64,000 bases of DNA from Entomortierella parvispora E1425 (GCA_020891255.1 BQFW01000010.1:992001-1056000), one strand, 5' to 3'. Positions 25,830 to 38,996 are shown, numbered from the stretch's first letter. Notes: generated by a model from the letters alone, not told the origin. Program-made: numbers and translations.

Positions 25830-28800
25830 ATGGAAAGCCTTGCCAGTCCTCCTGCCAGCAGTCAGCAAGCGCTGTCGTCCAAGCAGCGCGACCAACAGAG
25901 TACACCTCCAACTTCTCAGCCAACCTCGCCTGGTCCTGATCTGGCGCGCTGGACCTCTGCTTCATCGTCGTCCTCCACCTTCACTCTATGCTCAAACGCC
26001 AGCCCTGGGGTCTTGCATACAAAGAGGCAAGACGAGAACGAAGATCCAGAAGAAGAAGAACAAAACGACCACCACGACGGCTTCCTCTCGCCAAATCCAA
26101 CACGACGGAGCCGTTCACTTTCCACAGAGACGATAGTCTCGCCCACAAGTCCCACCGCTACCACAAAGGCTTTACCTTCCTCATTAATACCACCGCCACG
26201 ATACCCCGACCTTCCTTCAGAAATTATCCTGTACATCTTCAGATTCTTGACCACCGCGCATGATCTCCGGTCTGCAGTCCTGGTGTGCAAGTTATGGTGC
26301 TGTTGTGGGATGGATCTGCTGTGGTCCAAGCCGTCTCTGCTGACCATGGACGTGATCGAGAGAATGATCCAGACCATCTCCCTGCCCAAGACCGTGTTCC
26401 CTTATGTCAGTTACATCCGCAGACTCAACCTTTCGTTTCTTGCTCCAGATTTAACCGACCCATTGTTGACGCAATTCGCAGCCTGTTCAAGACTGGAGCG
26501 GCTGTTGCTGGCGGGCAGTGTCAAGACCACAGAGGCTGGGCTGAAGCAGATTTTGACCCTCTCTTCCTGTCGTGGCTTGTACGCCCTCGATCTGTCCGAG
26601 ATCCCCGCGGTGACAAACTCGTTGCTGGAGCATATCTCTTTGAATTGCCCTCAACTCCACACTCTCTATCTCGGTTCCTGCCCCCAGATCACAGATGATG
26701 CCTTGGTCAAGATCGCAGCCAGGTGTACGCAGCTGAAGAGGGTAAGGCCAACTTCCACAACCATGTCCTGTGTTGTGTTGTGTTGTGTTGTGTTGTGTTG
26801 TCGATGACATCCGATGCAGTTGTGTTGTGGTCATCAGGTCGGATTGATTCTATCTTTGGATACAGATTGGTTTATTCGGTCTTCATGACTGCACTATGGC
26901 TTTCTGCACAGGATTTACAGTTGTCTCGTGCATGCCTTTGATGTCTGTTTTTCGGCAGCCGCCCTCCGACATTGTCTCTCCTGTCTCCTTTCCTGACCTC
27001 CTTATTTTTTTTTCTGCTGTTGCGCTCTACTCAAATAGATCAAATTGAGCCAATGCACGCTCCTCACGGATATCTCCATCCTCGCCTTGACGAAACACTG
27101 CCCGCAGCTGATGGAAGTCGATCTAACCAACTGCAATCTCATTACGGACACGGCAGTGAAGTCTCTCTTTGGACCGGCATTAGCGCCTCAGATCAGGGAT
27201 ATCAATCTGACACAAGTGAGCGCACATCTCACAGACATGGCGTTTGAAATGATACTGCCTTCAACACATCAATTCGAGGGGCTCCGCATATTGAACTTGA
27301 CATCGTGTGTGAACCTGACTGACGATACCTTGCTACGGATCCTCCCTGCGACGCCTCGATTAAGGAATCTCGCCCTTACCAAGTGCGACAAGATTACAGA
27401 TCGAGGCGCAAGTGCCATCAAAGCCATTGGCAAATACCTTCACTACCTTCACTTGGGCCACTGTGCAAAGATCACAGACAGACTGATCGAGATCCTCGCT
27501 AATCATTGCCCCCGGATCCGGTACCTCGACCTGGCTTGTTGCTCCAAAATCACAGATGCGGCACTGTTTGAGCTCGCACAGCTACCCAAGTTGAGACGGT
27601 TGGGACTTGTCAAGTGTTCCAACATCACGGATCATGGATTATATGGACTGTTGTTCTCTCAAATCCTTCGACAAACATTGGAGCGCGTCCACCTGTCGTA
27701 CTGTGTCCATCTTTCAGAGGTCGCCGTGGCCTCTTTAGTCATTCAATGCAGCAAGTTAACCCACCTTTCTTTGACCGGTGTCCCAGCCTTCATCGCGCCC
27801 CGATTCCAGGCGTTCTGTCGACCTCCTCCAATCGAATTTACGCCTCACCAGCGGGAGGTGTTTTGTGTGTTTTCAGGAAGAGGCGTTCGGGATCTGAGGC
27901 AAGCTATGATTGAGGAAGTAGGAGCCGTGAAGATCTTTGGAAATCAGCCTCAGGCCAATGGTTCATTAGGACCTGTATCCGCACCAACGGAGCCACCTCC
28001 ACCTCCACCTTCGACAGAGTCAGCAAGAATAGTGGAGACAACGACCAATCCCCCCTGGGCTGCTGCCATGCCACCGGCTTGGGCAGACCTCGTATTCTAT
28101 AGGACATTCGCAGGAACCAGTGCAGACCATATCATGGCGAACATGGATTCTCTTCCAATCCCTGCATCGACAGCCATGGCACGCGCCCTGGTCCGCGCTG
28201 CTGGACGTAATATTGATGCTGCCAACATTGCTGGAGGATCAGTGGCGTCTTCCTCCACTGCCCCACTGCCTTTGAATTCCAGCCAAATGGTCGACTTTGA
28301 CCCTTTCTCTGTCGAAATGGATTCTGGAGGATCCCTCTCAGCAGCATTCGCGCCAGCCATGGTGATAGAGCAAGCAGGCGAGGACGTGGATATGGAAGAC
28401 GTCTCAGGGACAATTACAGCGGCTCAAGGAAATGAAGATCAAGTCGAAAATGGATCCTTGCTGGTGTTTCGTGGCGCCCAACAACATCACCCACACCAAG
28501 ATGAAGAAGGCCAGCTCGGGACCTTTTTTCGGAGCTCTGGTCATACAGCGGCTGTGCAGCAGCTCTTTCACGATGATTCTGCTGGCGATCACAGGCACGA
28601 TCTTGATCGAGCTCTTCATATGCTTAGATCAGATGCTGTGGTGGCGGATCAAGAGAGAACTTTCGACTATCGCGAACAGGTCGTGGAGGATTCCGGAGAG
28701 GAGGGCAGCAGTGACGGCCACAGCGACGACCGTGGTCAACGGCTGAGGTTGCCGAGTCCAGGAACACTTGCAAAGTCATTGAATAGGGAGGGTCGCGAGA

Positions 28801-28877
28801 GTGGCGCAGGAAGCGCGAGTCCTGCCGAGGACAATGGAGACGACGACGAAGAGGAGGAAGAGGACGAGGATCTTTAA
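25830..28877 (+). CDS. GRR1: SCF F-box/LRR protein, Grr1-like (intron 26742-27038)
   Basis: F-box LPSEIILYIF...LVCKLWCCCGMDLLWSKP. FPYVSYIRRLNLSFL followed by about 12 cysteine-containing LRRs (LTKCDKITD, LGHCAKITD, LACCSKITD, HLSYCVHLS). Acidic tail. Confidence 0.85.
26769..26800. repeat. (TGTGT)n pentanucleotide microsatellite inside the GRR1-like intron
   Basis: tgtgttgtgttgtgttg... direct reading. Confidence 0.9.
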
Positions 28878-31673
28878 CAGTGCATTGTCCGATGAAAGGG
28901 CGTTGGCGCGTTTCTTTTTTCCCAATAAAAGTTTCTTCTTATGACCAAATAATGACGCCCGAACTGACCAGAAACCGAGTCTTGGGCCAAGTACTCTTCT
29001 TCGCATGCATGGAATATGGAGGACAATGAGGCATGGAGTCCAGGGCATGTGGCTAATGTCATTCACATCCTCATTCCATCTCCATTCGTCGTCAATCCCA
29101 GAGTGCCACACCCTTACAAGACAGTCAAGACTGGAGGGATGGAGATGATACAGTAGCCCAGCTGAATTCTATCTCTTGGCAAGATGCCAGCGCTCTTGAT
29201 GGCCAGTGGACGTGTCTCGTGCAAACTGCAGTGGCGCACGGATCTCAACGTTGCCAGAGCATCTTCTGGCACGGCAGCAGCTGTCGGGACCGAATTTCGA
29301 GCCACCGTGATCTCAGGGTCCTCAATGTTGTTGGATGCCGCCCCTCCCGAAAAAGCAAGAAGCACCCTTGTCTTCCAACCTTCCAGTCTCCAAGAATTTT
29401 TGCAACACACAGATCGGGGAACGATGGTCAGCTAGGTGGATCAAGACTGTACCTTTTCGACCGAGGAACTTTCAAGTAGCCCTGGCGCTGGAAGAAGATC
29501 CTTCGATGGCGCATGACCTGGACATGGCAGGAAAGGACGGATTTTTCACTTTTTTCCTCCCAGGATCGATGGTCCTTCAAGAGAACTCAAAGGCTATTCT
29601 GGTGCAGATCTAAAAATTGTAGCCAGTAAGTAGACCATCGCAGCCAGGAAAAGGGGGAAAAGGAGACTGGACAGACTGGGAAAAAAACAGATGCTCTTTG
29701 TTGACTGACTCCTATTCTTCCTACCAAAAAAAAAAAAAAAAAAAAAAAAAAATCTCTCAAGACCGGATTACAGACCCAGTCGATGCAAGTCGAGTTCAGT
29801 CGGGAACAAGGACGCGTTTGCCTGCATCTGTCATGACGAGCAGAGAACTGAGACAGTCCTGGACAAAAGATCCGGGTCCACTTCCACAAACGCGGGGGGC
29901 AGGGGCGCGGGGGAAGAGAGAGGATGAGAAGGGAGACCTGGTTCGTGTGTCCCCCTTCCTTTCCTTTTGTTCTCCTCCCCTAGTCCTTATTGCAATGTAC
30001 ATGTCCATTGTTCAATGGACCGATTAGCCGGGACTTTTGGATCATCCGTCCATTCCACCTATTCTTTTTTAAAAATACAAGAAACCGGAGTCATCTTCCG
30101 CGTTGATTTGACGCCTAGAGTAATTGCGCCGCTACCGAACAGTACCCCATCTACCATGCGGGACAGCTTGTTGGAAAAAAAGAAGAAAGAGAGGGGTGAG
30201 GATAGGATTTTTTTTTATGATTCGGGAACTTTTGTTTTCTTGAGTCTTTACAAGGTGTCAAGAGTTGCGCACGATTGTTGAACAAAAGACAACAAAAGGA
30301 CAAAGATGGGGATTTCGGAAAGGAAGGAGCAACGTGGTGTTGTGCTCCCACAACGGTGAAAAAGTGAGTGGTTCAAAACAACAACAAAAAAAAAAGTGGG
30401 AAAGAGGGACTCTTTGTCTACCTGCAGGAGGATACCATCAACAACATCCAAAACTCGACCCTTTGTTTTGAGCTGGACCTGAAGCAAGGGGGTAAGCAAT
30501 CGAGTCTGTGTGTGTGGATGGACGGTTAGTGGGTCACACAGAACACAACCACAATATCAAAAAAAGAGGGTTCCTCACTCCATCTCACGGGAGGACAAGA
30601 GGACTAAAGGGAGTTGTGATGCACAAAGGGAAAGGAAAAAAAACGCGCCAGAGTACAAGAACAAAAAAAAAAAAAAAAAAAGACCCAGTCCAGTTTGCCG
30701 AGGACTGGAACCAATTGCGATTGTGAGAGAGCATCCTCTATTTCTATCCTTTGTCAGCGATTCCCGTCCTTGTTCTCCTGCATCAGATCTCGAAGGATGA
30801 GGTCGAGGGGCTCAAAAAGGGCAAAAGGATGAAGAAAGAGAGAAAGCAAATGGGATCCGGAAATGGAACAGTGGAGATACATGTGGAGAGGGAAGAGTAA
30901 GAGAGAGAATAAGAAGAGGAGGACAATGCGGCTCCATACCCTTGAAAAAAACAGAGTGCTTGCTGCTTTGGCCAGGGACCTGGAATGGACCGAGAAGTGG
31001 TGTTGTCGGTTGTCTTTTTCGTTCGGGAAACAACAATCGACTGCAGCCTGCTTAGCCAACATCGAGACGACATGTGTGCTTTGCTTTTTTTCAGGATGCA
31101 CAACACAGTTGTTGGTTGGAAGGGAGCTGATCCAAATATTAAACTGGGGTGCTGAATGCATGTTGCCTGCATGTGGACTCGTTGTCCACGGGTCAGGGAA
31201 AGTTGAGGGTTGGATAAAGAACAAAAAAAGCAAGGGAGAGATGTTTGTTTGTTCGAAGCGTGCAGCAACACACCATGTCAACATCAACATTACCACCACC
31301 AGCAGCAGAGCAACCGCATCTTCGTTGACAACGTCAACTTATCAACGTCGTCACCGCTGAACTGCCTGTGGTGTGTATCAGAGTCATATTTAGAAAAGGT
31401 ACACGATAGCAAATGGGTAATAGGGGAAGGGGCCGTCTGTCCGTTGGGAATCAAAGCCAAACCGGTCCGAGGCCCTGGCGGAACAGACAGACAATAATAA
31501 TGGGGAAATGCCCCGAGACAAGACTGACAGAGGGTGGATGGACACACAGACCGAAGGGCGTGCGGGCGAACGGTGTTTGTTTGCTGGCGAGTAGGACTCT
31601 TGTTGCAGTCCAAAGGCTCTTCTTTTGGAGGCGGATGCGGTGCTGGTTCGTTCGCTTCCCTTCTCCTCTTCCT

Positions 31674-31710
<37 letters not shown>

Positions 31711-31931
31711 TCCGTTCCTCCTCCTTCTCCCGCCTTCTTCATCATTCTCTGAGCGGCACCCTTCCCAGTCCCTGCTTGGTCTTCTTATCACTCACACCCC
31801 ACCTTCCTCTCTCTTTCTCTTCCTGTCTTCATATCCTCTCTCCATCCCTCTCTCTTTTAGCCTGCTCTTCTTCTCTCCTTCCCACCCTCGCTCGTACTTT
31901 GTGTCCACTTAATACGCGTGCACTTGCAAGC

Positions 31932-33532
31932 ATGTCTCAGGTCAACAGTCTGCCCCAGCCTCTGCAGATCCTCGATCTTCCAGATGAGATTCTGCAAAAG
32001 ATCCTGGCCTATTGCTGCAGCGACGAAGACCTCGAGTTTTTGCTGTCGTCCTGTCGATTAATTACCACCAAAGACCAATTCTGCCATCAATGCTATCACT
32101 GTACACTTTGCCATGGCCCTTATGCCCAGACATCCAGAGCGGTCCCTCAACCGACACATCTTCAAGGATCTCAAACACAAATGAGGGCAACCACAACACC
32201 TGTAACCACCACTTACACGGACTGCAGAATGGCAACAATACACACAGAGTCACAACAGGTGCAGAGTCGACGACGACGACGACGGTTGCCCGATAGCATG
32301 GGAGCCCACCACGGTTCCCCGAGTGGTCTGGATGGCCATCAAAATAGGAGCATGGATGGCCTGGATCTGGGTTATCTTTTCACAGGGGCTCGACGATGCC
32401 CCTGGAACAACCACCAAAGGTGGGGGCATAGGCATGGGAGCGCCAGCGGTAATAGCAGAATAATGGGCGTCCTTCCGCTTCCACCACTCCCACTATCACG
32501 CACTTGGTCGCTCTTTGGCCAGGCCGCCGCCGCCGCGGCAGCGACCGCAGCGGGAGTAATGAGATCAAGTCGCAATGTTGGTGCCGGGAATGGCGATCCC
32601 GTCGTACATGTACCAGGTGGGTGATTATGCTTTGGACCATGCATCCTCTTTTTTTTTTTTTTTTTTTTTTTCCCTCTCTCCTTCCGTCTGTCCCTTGTGC
32701 AACACTGGCGTCTTTGCCTGTAATTCTTTCTGCCCCCGCTCTCCTGCAGGGCATCCTTGTGCGTCCTTGTTGTTAGTCAATTGTTTGTATCGTTGTTTGT
32801 GTTGTGATCAAGATGGATGATCTTCCAGCTTTACTTTACCTTGTTTACCATGATGCAGTGATTCACTAATGCACTGTGGCAATTTGATTTTCTCTGATGA
32901 TAGGGGTTCAAGGCAGCATGATGAACAACAACAACAACAACAACAGAACGATGGCCATGGTCAAGGCAGGAATGGGGTCTGCATCTACACCAGGAGGGCA
33001 TAGAGATGCAGCACTGTCGGCAACAACAGCAACGTACGACACGACTTGTTTGCCTGTGTTACCTCCACCATCCCGCGAAGACGAGAACCAAAGCCAACCA
33101 TACCCTCGGCAGTATCCACAACAGCAGCACCAATCCAAACTGCAGGGAGGAGTTTATTCTCCTCTTCCCTACCACCAACAACATGAACATCATCGTCATC
33201 ACACAGGAAAGGGATGCATGAATGGCGAAAACCACAGCGATGGTCTTCGACCTGTACCACCAGCACGGACCAAGTTCTCGTCGTCTTCTTTACCTTCTTC
33301 TTTGACGTCCCCTCGCTATGATTCACAGCGCACAACCCATTTGCACGCTATCGCAGATCCCAAAGCGGCGGAAACAAAATCAACAACAACAAGCGCGGGT
33401 GAAGATGCAAGGCACTCCTTTTTGGTCACCCCTGTTCCTGCTGATACTGCTGCCTCGTCCTCTTCTTCTTGCCGAGTGGGAAATCTGCACAGTCGCTTTT
33501 CAGCCCAGGCCTCCTCACAGACGCTTTCGCGA

Positions 33533-33563
<31 letters not shown>

Positions 33564-35938
33564 AACGACACCATGTGGCTCAAGGACCAGATACCATAGG
33601 CTCGTCTCCTGTTGAACTAGCCATGCCATTTCAGCTCTTGTTGGTTTGCAAGCGATTCGGGAACGCGGTTGTCCAATCCTTGTGGGATCGCGTGGTTTTC
33701 CATGGTCATGATCCAGTCCAAGTGAGAGCTCTCTTATCCACCTTGAAAGTGTTGGAGGTGGTCTGCTCCCCACCCACCTTTGATGGCAGGTCCTTGAACC
33801 GCTCAATCGCACTAGACGAAGATTGGATAACAAACTGCAGCATGGGAAAAAACAGCAACCAAGACGGTGAGACAAGGTCCACACCATTTTGGATTTCCCC
33901 CAAAGGATCAAGTTTGGCGGAATTGAACCAAAAGAGCGATCCCTGTCCATGGTCAATATCATCCCGCAAGGTCCACCATGATGGGAACCTTCCCTTTGGC
34001 TCGACAAGGACGACTGCGACTACGATGACCGTCACGGGTCCTCTTAGTGCGCTCGGACCAGTGCAAAAGAGTGTGAGCCCCGCATCTTTGGCTGATCTCG
34101 CAACCGGAGATGAAGGCGTGACGGTTGGGATGGAGCAGTCGAGGCCTGCACGTTGGGCGTACAGTCAATTGGTACGGCGTGTCGTCCTCGACTTTGCCCA
34201 CGCGCAGTCTTCGCGCGCCTTGTTGATCGAGACCTTGGAATGTCTCCGTGCAGGCCGTGAGAACCCATCTGCACAGAGCTACCGCTCGCTGGATTTCCAT
34301 GCAAGTGAAAAGATGCGCAGCAGCGGCGCACAAGACAGTCAGTCTGCTAGACGACCCGTCTCTACGTCTTGGGGGGCTACCCTTCCAGAGAGCACGCCTG
34401 TCTTGGATCTCGATCGAAATTTTGGTTGGGGATCAGGGTTCTCTGACCTCACTTGCCTACGATTGCGAGGAGGATTTGTCGACAACCAATTGCTCAACGC
34501 CATTACAAAAGGGATGCAGACCAGGCAGCAACTTTTGGGGGATCGTTACAGCTGCCGGTTGTCCCAAGTATTTTTGGGACCGGGATCTTTCACGGACAGT
34601 GCCGTAGAAAAACTCATTGACATTGCGAGATCCAGCTTGGAGGTGGTGATGGTGACGAGCTGCGTGGATGTCAGCGGAGGTTCCCTAGCAAGATTTTTAA
34701 CACAGTGTCCAAAACTTCGTGTCCTGGGATTTTATCGGTCTTTGGCTAGGGACGAAGATCTTTTCCAGGGGCTTGGTATCTGTTCTGAGGAGAAGGCCGA
34801 GATGGCGATGGCATCCTTGCCCCAGTCGGGACCCAGCGTCACGTCGTCCACCACAACTTCATCACCTCTTTCTGCCACCACTCTTCGCTTGCATCAGGAG
34901 ACCCGAAAAGCTATTGTGGCTCCATTGGAACGACTGGAACTGAGTACCATGATCAAACTGTCGTCCAAGGCCATTGCTGCGATTGTCCAAGGTGTGAGCC
35001 AGTCTCTCAAGCATCTTGCAGTGGACAGCAGGCATTTTAATGAGGAGTTTCTGGAAGAGATCTTTATGGCCCCATCGACCTCGACCACCACGGAAAGACT
35101 ACAGAGTCTGGAGTCGCTTTCGTTCAAAGATGGATCCTTTCATCAGAAGCAACAGCAACAGTACCGATCTTCCCATAGTGTAGTTGCAGCTCATTCGTCA
35201 TCCTCGACTGAACGCCCGCAGCGACAAAAAAGTCCTTGGTTAGGCGATACTTCCACGGAAGAATGGATCCGTCAAGGAGGCACCCAGACCGACTATTACT
35301 TTCAATGTACAGGGTTTTCTATGGAGCCCAGTCGAGTTTTGTCTTTGACCTCGAATGTTCGAGTCCAGGATCGAGTGCTGAACTGCCTTCTCCGAGGAAG
35401 GAGCATGCTTGATAGAGTGTGTGGTAGACGGCAACCTCTGACGTCAGTGCCGATTCCCTCAAGAGCGGAGGAGAGCTACGAAGGGATGTTGGAGAGATTC
35501 GCGGTGCATCCTGGAACGATCTGCAGGGTGGTCCTTGGACTTTCGAAACTAAAGTCGTTTACGGTCTTGGAGAGGAATGTCGTAGTTGAACACGAGACAT
35601 GGTTACAGCAGAAGAGTCAACTGGACTCTGACTCTACGGCGACGACAATGCCCACAGATACCCCTGTCGCCATCTCGGGCGACATTGTGTTATTGGGAAA
35701 CGCAGCTCTGGCAGGAGCGGTCGAGTCTTTGCGACTGACAGCGGATGTCAAGCGATGGGAGGATGGTCTTGTTCAAGAAAGTTCATCAAGAGTTCCAGAG
35801 GCTTTGACCGCCGTGGCCATGACCTTGACTGCGATGCAGATCCGATGGATCCTGATCTTAGTTGCTATCACGGGTTGGGTGTTGGTGGTGGTCAATAGTA
35901 GCGACAATAGCAGCGCTAGAAGAGAAGATTCTCAATAG
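31932..35938 (+). CDS. F-box / RNI-like LRR protein with C-terminal hydrophobic segment (intron 32617-32903)
   Basis: LPDEILQKILAY at the N-terminus and LLLVCKRFGNAVVQSLWDRV at about aa 472. Degenerate LRRs (LTCLRLRGG, RLSQVFLGPGSFTD, SLEVVMVTSCVDVS, CPKLRVLGFY). Terminal WILILVAITGWVLVVVN. The GTGGGT...ATAG intron is in phase. Confidence 0.75.
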
Positions 35939-36344
35939 ACAAGTGGTGTGTTTCCTCGAGTCTCTACAAAAAATAAAATAAATATCGACCGCCCCATGGT
36001 CCGAATTCGCCCACACATCGAATCAGCAGTGGACGTCTCTTTTTTTTCTATGCCTCCCCTTGTTTTTTTTTTCTATGCTTGACTTCTGTTTTCCTGTCCC
36101 CCACCCTGAAGTGTCCACTGCGCAGAAAATGAACTTGATCCCACCCCTCTCAACTCCTTTTCAATTTGCATGAAAAACAACTATTGGTGGCAATTGTGGT
36201 CAATTCCAACGAATATAAAGTATGAAAGAAATCCAGCGCTTGAAGACTTGTTTTCTCCTAACAACCTCATCTTTTACATTTCATCAAAGACACGCTCTCT
36301 TCCCTTTTTCCACCTTCACTAAAGATACTCTCTCTCTCTTCACC

Positions 36345-36875
36345 ATGGGCAAGCTCGGAGCTCTCAACCATGTTTCCTTGTCGTCCTCAGACTATGAGCA
36401 GTCCAAGAAGTTCTACACCTTCTTGCTAGTGGATCTTTTGCAGTACAAACAATTTCGTGAGGTCACAGACTGGGTCATGTGGATAGGTGCGAACGGTTCC
36501 GCCATCTGCATCTCCCCTGGGAACAAGACCCCTCATCACAAGTTCACCCCCGGTTTGCACCATCTCGCTTTCAATGCCGAGACAAAGGAGCAAGTGGATG
36601 AGTTCTACCACAAGATTGTCGATTTCCAGGCCAAAAATAAAAACGAAAAGTCCGTGATCCTGGACACGCCTGCCGAGCACGCCGAGTATGGCCCTGGTTA
36701 CTATTCGTAAGTGGATTTCAAGAACCTATTCGTGTTTTCTCTGCTCAAAAAGAGAGAACCTCACTAATCTTCCAATTTTGCGACTGGAACTTATTCCACC
36801 AAAAAAAAAAGTGTCTATTTCACGGACCCAGATGGTATCAAGCTGGAGATTGCCACTACTCCTGACTACCAGTAA
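36345..36875 (+). CDS. VOC / glyoxalase-bleomycin resistance family protein (intron 36707-36811)
   Basis: LNHVSLSSSDYEQSKKFY, PGLHHLAFNAETKEQVDEFY, YGPGYYS/VYFTDPDGIKLE: His/His/Glu metal ligands of the VOC fold. Confidence 0.88.
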
Positions 36876-37565
36876 GGAAGTGTATGAATGGATCTGTCTG
36901 TCCCGAGCGTCATTATTGGTGGCATGTCAAGGTTAAAGTAGTGCCCCCGTCAGCACTTCGATCCCAAAACAAATAAAAGGTCTGAATTGACCCTCATTTA
37001 ACTCAATTGACTCCTTCCCATATGTCTACCTCCACCACGCTGTAGGCTGTATCGGGAAGTGGGGAGATTATCGGTGTGAGTGACGGGGGCGCTGATGGAC
37101 GAGTAGCCAAGGAGGGACCAGAAGTTGAGCAGTGACAAGAACCTTGACCCGTCAACCGAAGGAGTAAGAGCTATGAGTAGTTGATAGGAGGTCCTTCGGG
37201 GCGAAGACAGCACTTGCTGCCTTGCTGGAGCGAGGACCTTCACACGGCAGTCAGAAGGAGAATGAGCAGGTCCAAACCTTGAAGCCTTGGCAGTCGCGGC
37301 ATTGACTCGTGAGCCCGCTGCATGTAAGCTTAATGGATGGTCCATGATTAAGCATATTAATTATCAGAACGTAAGTCGAAGAGAGAATAGAGTCGATGGA
37401 CAGAAGGCGAGACTGAGGAGAACGGTGAATAGTGGAGGAATGAGAAAGAAAAAAAATAAAGGAAAGGAATTGAGGGTGCACGGTGCACTTGCAGAGTCCA
37501 AGTCTGAATGAAGCGAGCAAGGCGCGGAGTTGGAAATTGGTCGGAATCTTGGAATCTCGGTCGAT

Positions 37566-37881
37566 GTTCTTCGTTTTGCATTTTGCTTAGCCATTCCTTA
37601 GCCATTCCTTAACCAACCACGTGAATGCCAGGATCTTGGGGCATCGCATTCTTCGTTTTTGCATTTTGCTTAGCCATTCCTTAGCCATTCCTTAGCCATT
37701 CCTTAACCAGCCACGTGAATGCCAGGATCTCGGGGCATCGCGTTCTTCGTTTTTGCATTTTGCTTAGCCATTCCTTAGCCATTCCTTAGCCATTCCTTAG
37801 CCATTCCTTAACCAGCCACGTGAATGCCAGGATCTTGAGGCATCGCGTTCTTCGTTCTTGCATTTTGCTTAGCCATTCCTT
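37566..37881. repeat. Nested minisatellite: about 60-bp outer unit carrying 2, 3, 4 and 1 copies of the 11-mer TTAGCCATTCC
   Basis: Units start at 37566, 37648, 37742 and 37847 (82, 94, 105 bp and a partial unit). Each full unit contains CCACGTGA. Confidence 0.97.
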
Positions 37882-37924
37882 ATTATAGCCATTGTATGTC
37901 CCGAGGACAAGTGGTGGTTTAATT

Positions 37925-38996
37925 CTAGAGCTTACACTTCATAGCAATGCTGAATGCCCCGACACCAAATAGAGTGGCCAGGACGATTGACCAGACTGTG
38001 ATGACCATCACTGTCTGGCCCATAGTACCTTGCATCTCTGCCTGCTGGACCATCAGCAGCCCCAGCTCTCCACGTGCGACCATCGCTGTGCCTACAATCC
38101 AGCGAGAATTCGAGCAGGTATCCACATGACTGTTCTCCTCGGTTCCCCCCCCTTTTCTGATTGAGATTTTCGCAGGGACGGCAAGGATGGTCGCTAGCTT
38201 CGAAAATGAGGCGATCAGAGCATAGACGACTCCCCAACCAAACAAAACCGGCTCCAAGATTTGGGAGAGCGGAATATCAAAGCCAATGCTGGCAAAGAAG
38301 ACCGCACTCATCACAGGCTGGATCTGATGCGCAATCTGCTTTTCGTATTGGCGGCGGAGATTCTCAAACGTCGAGAAGAACACACCTGCCACAAAAGCTC
38401 CCAGTAGTCGTGAGCTGCCCAGATACTCGGCCAAGATGCTGTAGCCGAATCCGATAATAACCAGTCCTGCGAGCTTGATTGTGGGTTCAAACATGGAGTA
38501 GCAGACCAAAGCTCGCTTCCTGTTTCATCATTGTCACTGCAATTGCTATCGACGTTGATGCCAAGGACGCCCCTGAAGCTATGGCCTCAACCATAACATC
38601 GGAAGAATTCCTTCTCCCCGTACCAGTATCTGACTCCATTGCCTGGATATGGCTCAGTTGAGAAACTCCGTACGAGAATCCAATCCCTGTTGCCAGGGGG
38701 ACTACAATCCCGATCAATGCAACGAGGGCAGCCCTGGGTCCAGCCTTCAACACTCGACGAACATCGGTGCCCAATCCAGCCTCAAAGACGAGTCCTAGAA
38801 CACCCACCTCTCCAGCAAGGGTGAGAAGGGTCTTGTCTGCGGGCAACAACGTCCCGATAGCCAGGTTTCCAAAAAGAAGGCCTACTACGAGTTCACCGAC
38901 CAGTCGGCATCGTAGCAATTCCTCGAAGAGTGTCCCTGAGAGCCATAGCGAGAGGATGAAGAGGCAAAAGCAGGGTAGTTCGCTCGAAAACTTCAT
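37925..38996 (-). pseudogene. CPA2 (KefB/NapA-like) cation/H+ antiporter with internal deletion and frameshift near 38520
   Basis: The N-half (GEVGVLGLVFEAGL, SLASTSIAIAV) stops at 38487. The C-half (SSRLLGAFVAG, FFASIGF, AMVARGELG) is in another frame. No GT-AG intron bridges them, and the TM helix with the conserved acidic DD motif is missing. Confidence 0.7.

Noticed and set aside
36998-37345. 115-codon minus-strand ORF next to the VNTR
   Set aside because: No recognisable domain and no convincing start or first exon; not called as a gene, though not excluded.
37587-37879. TTAGCCATTCC as an interstitial telomere repeat
   Set aside because: No G-run typical of telomeric units, and it is embedded in a larger outer unit; there is no evidence without chromosome-end sequence.
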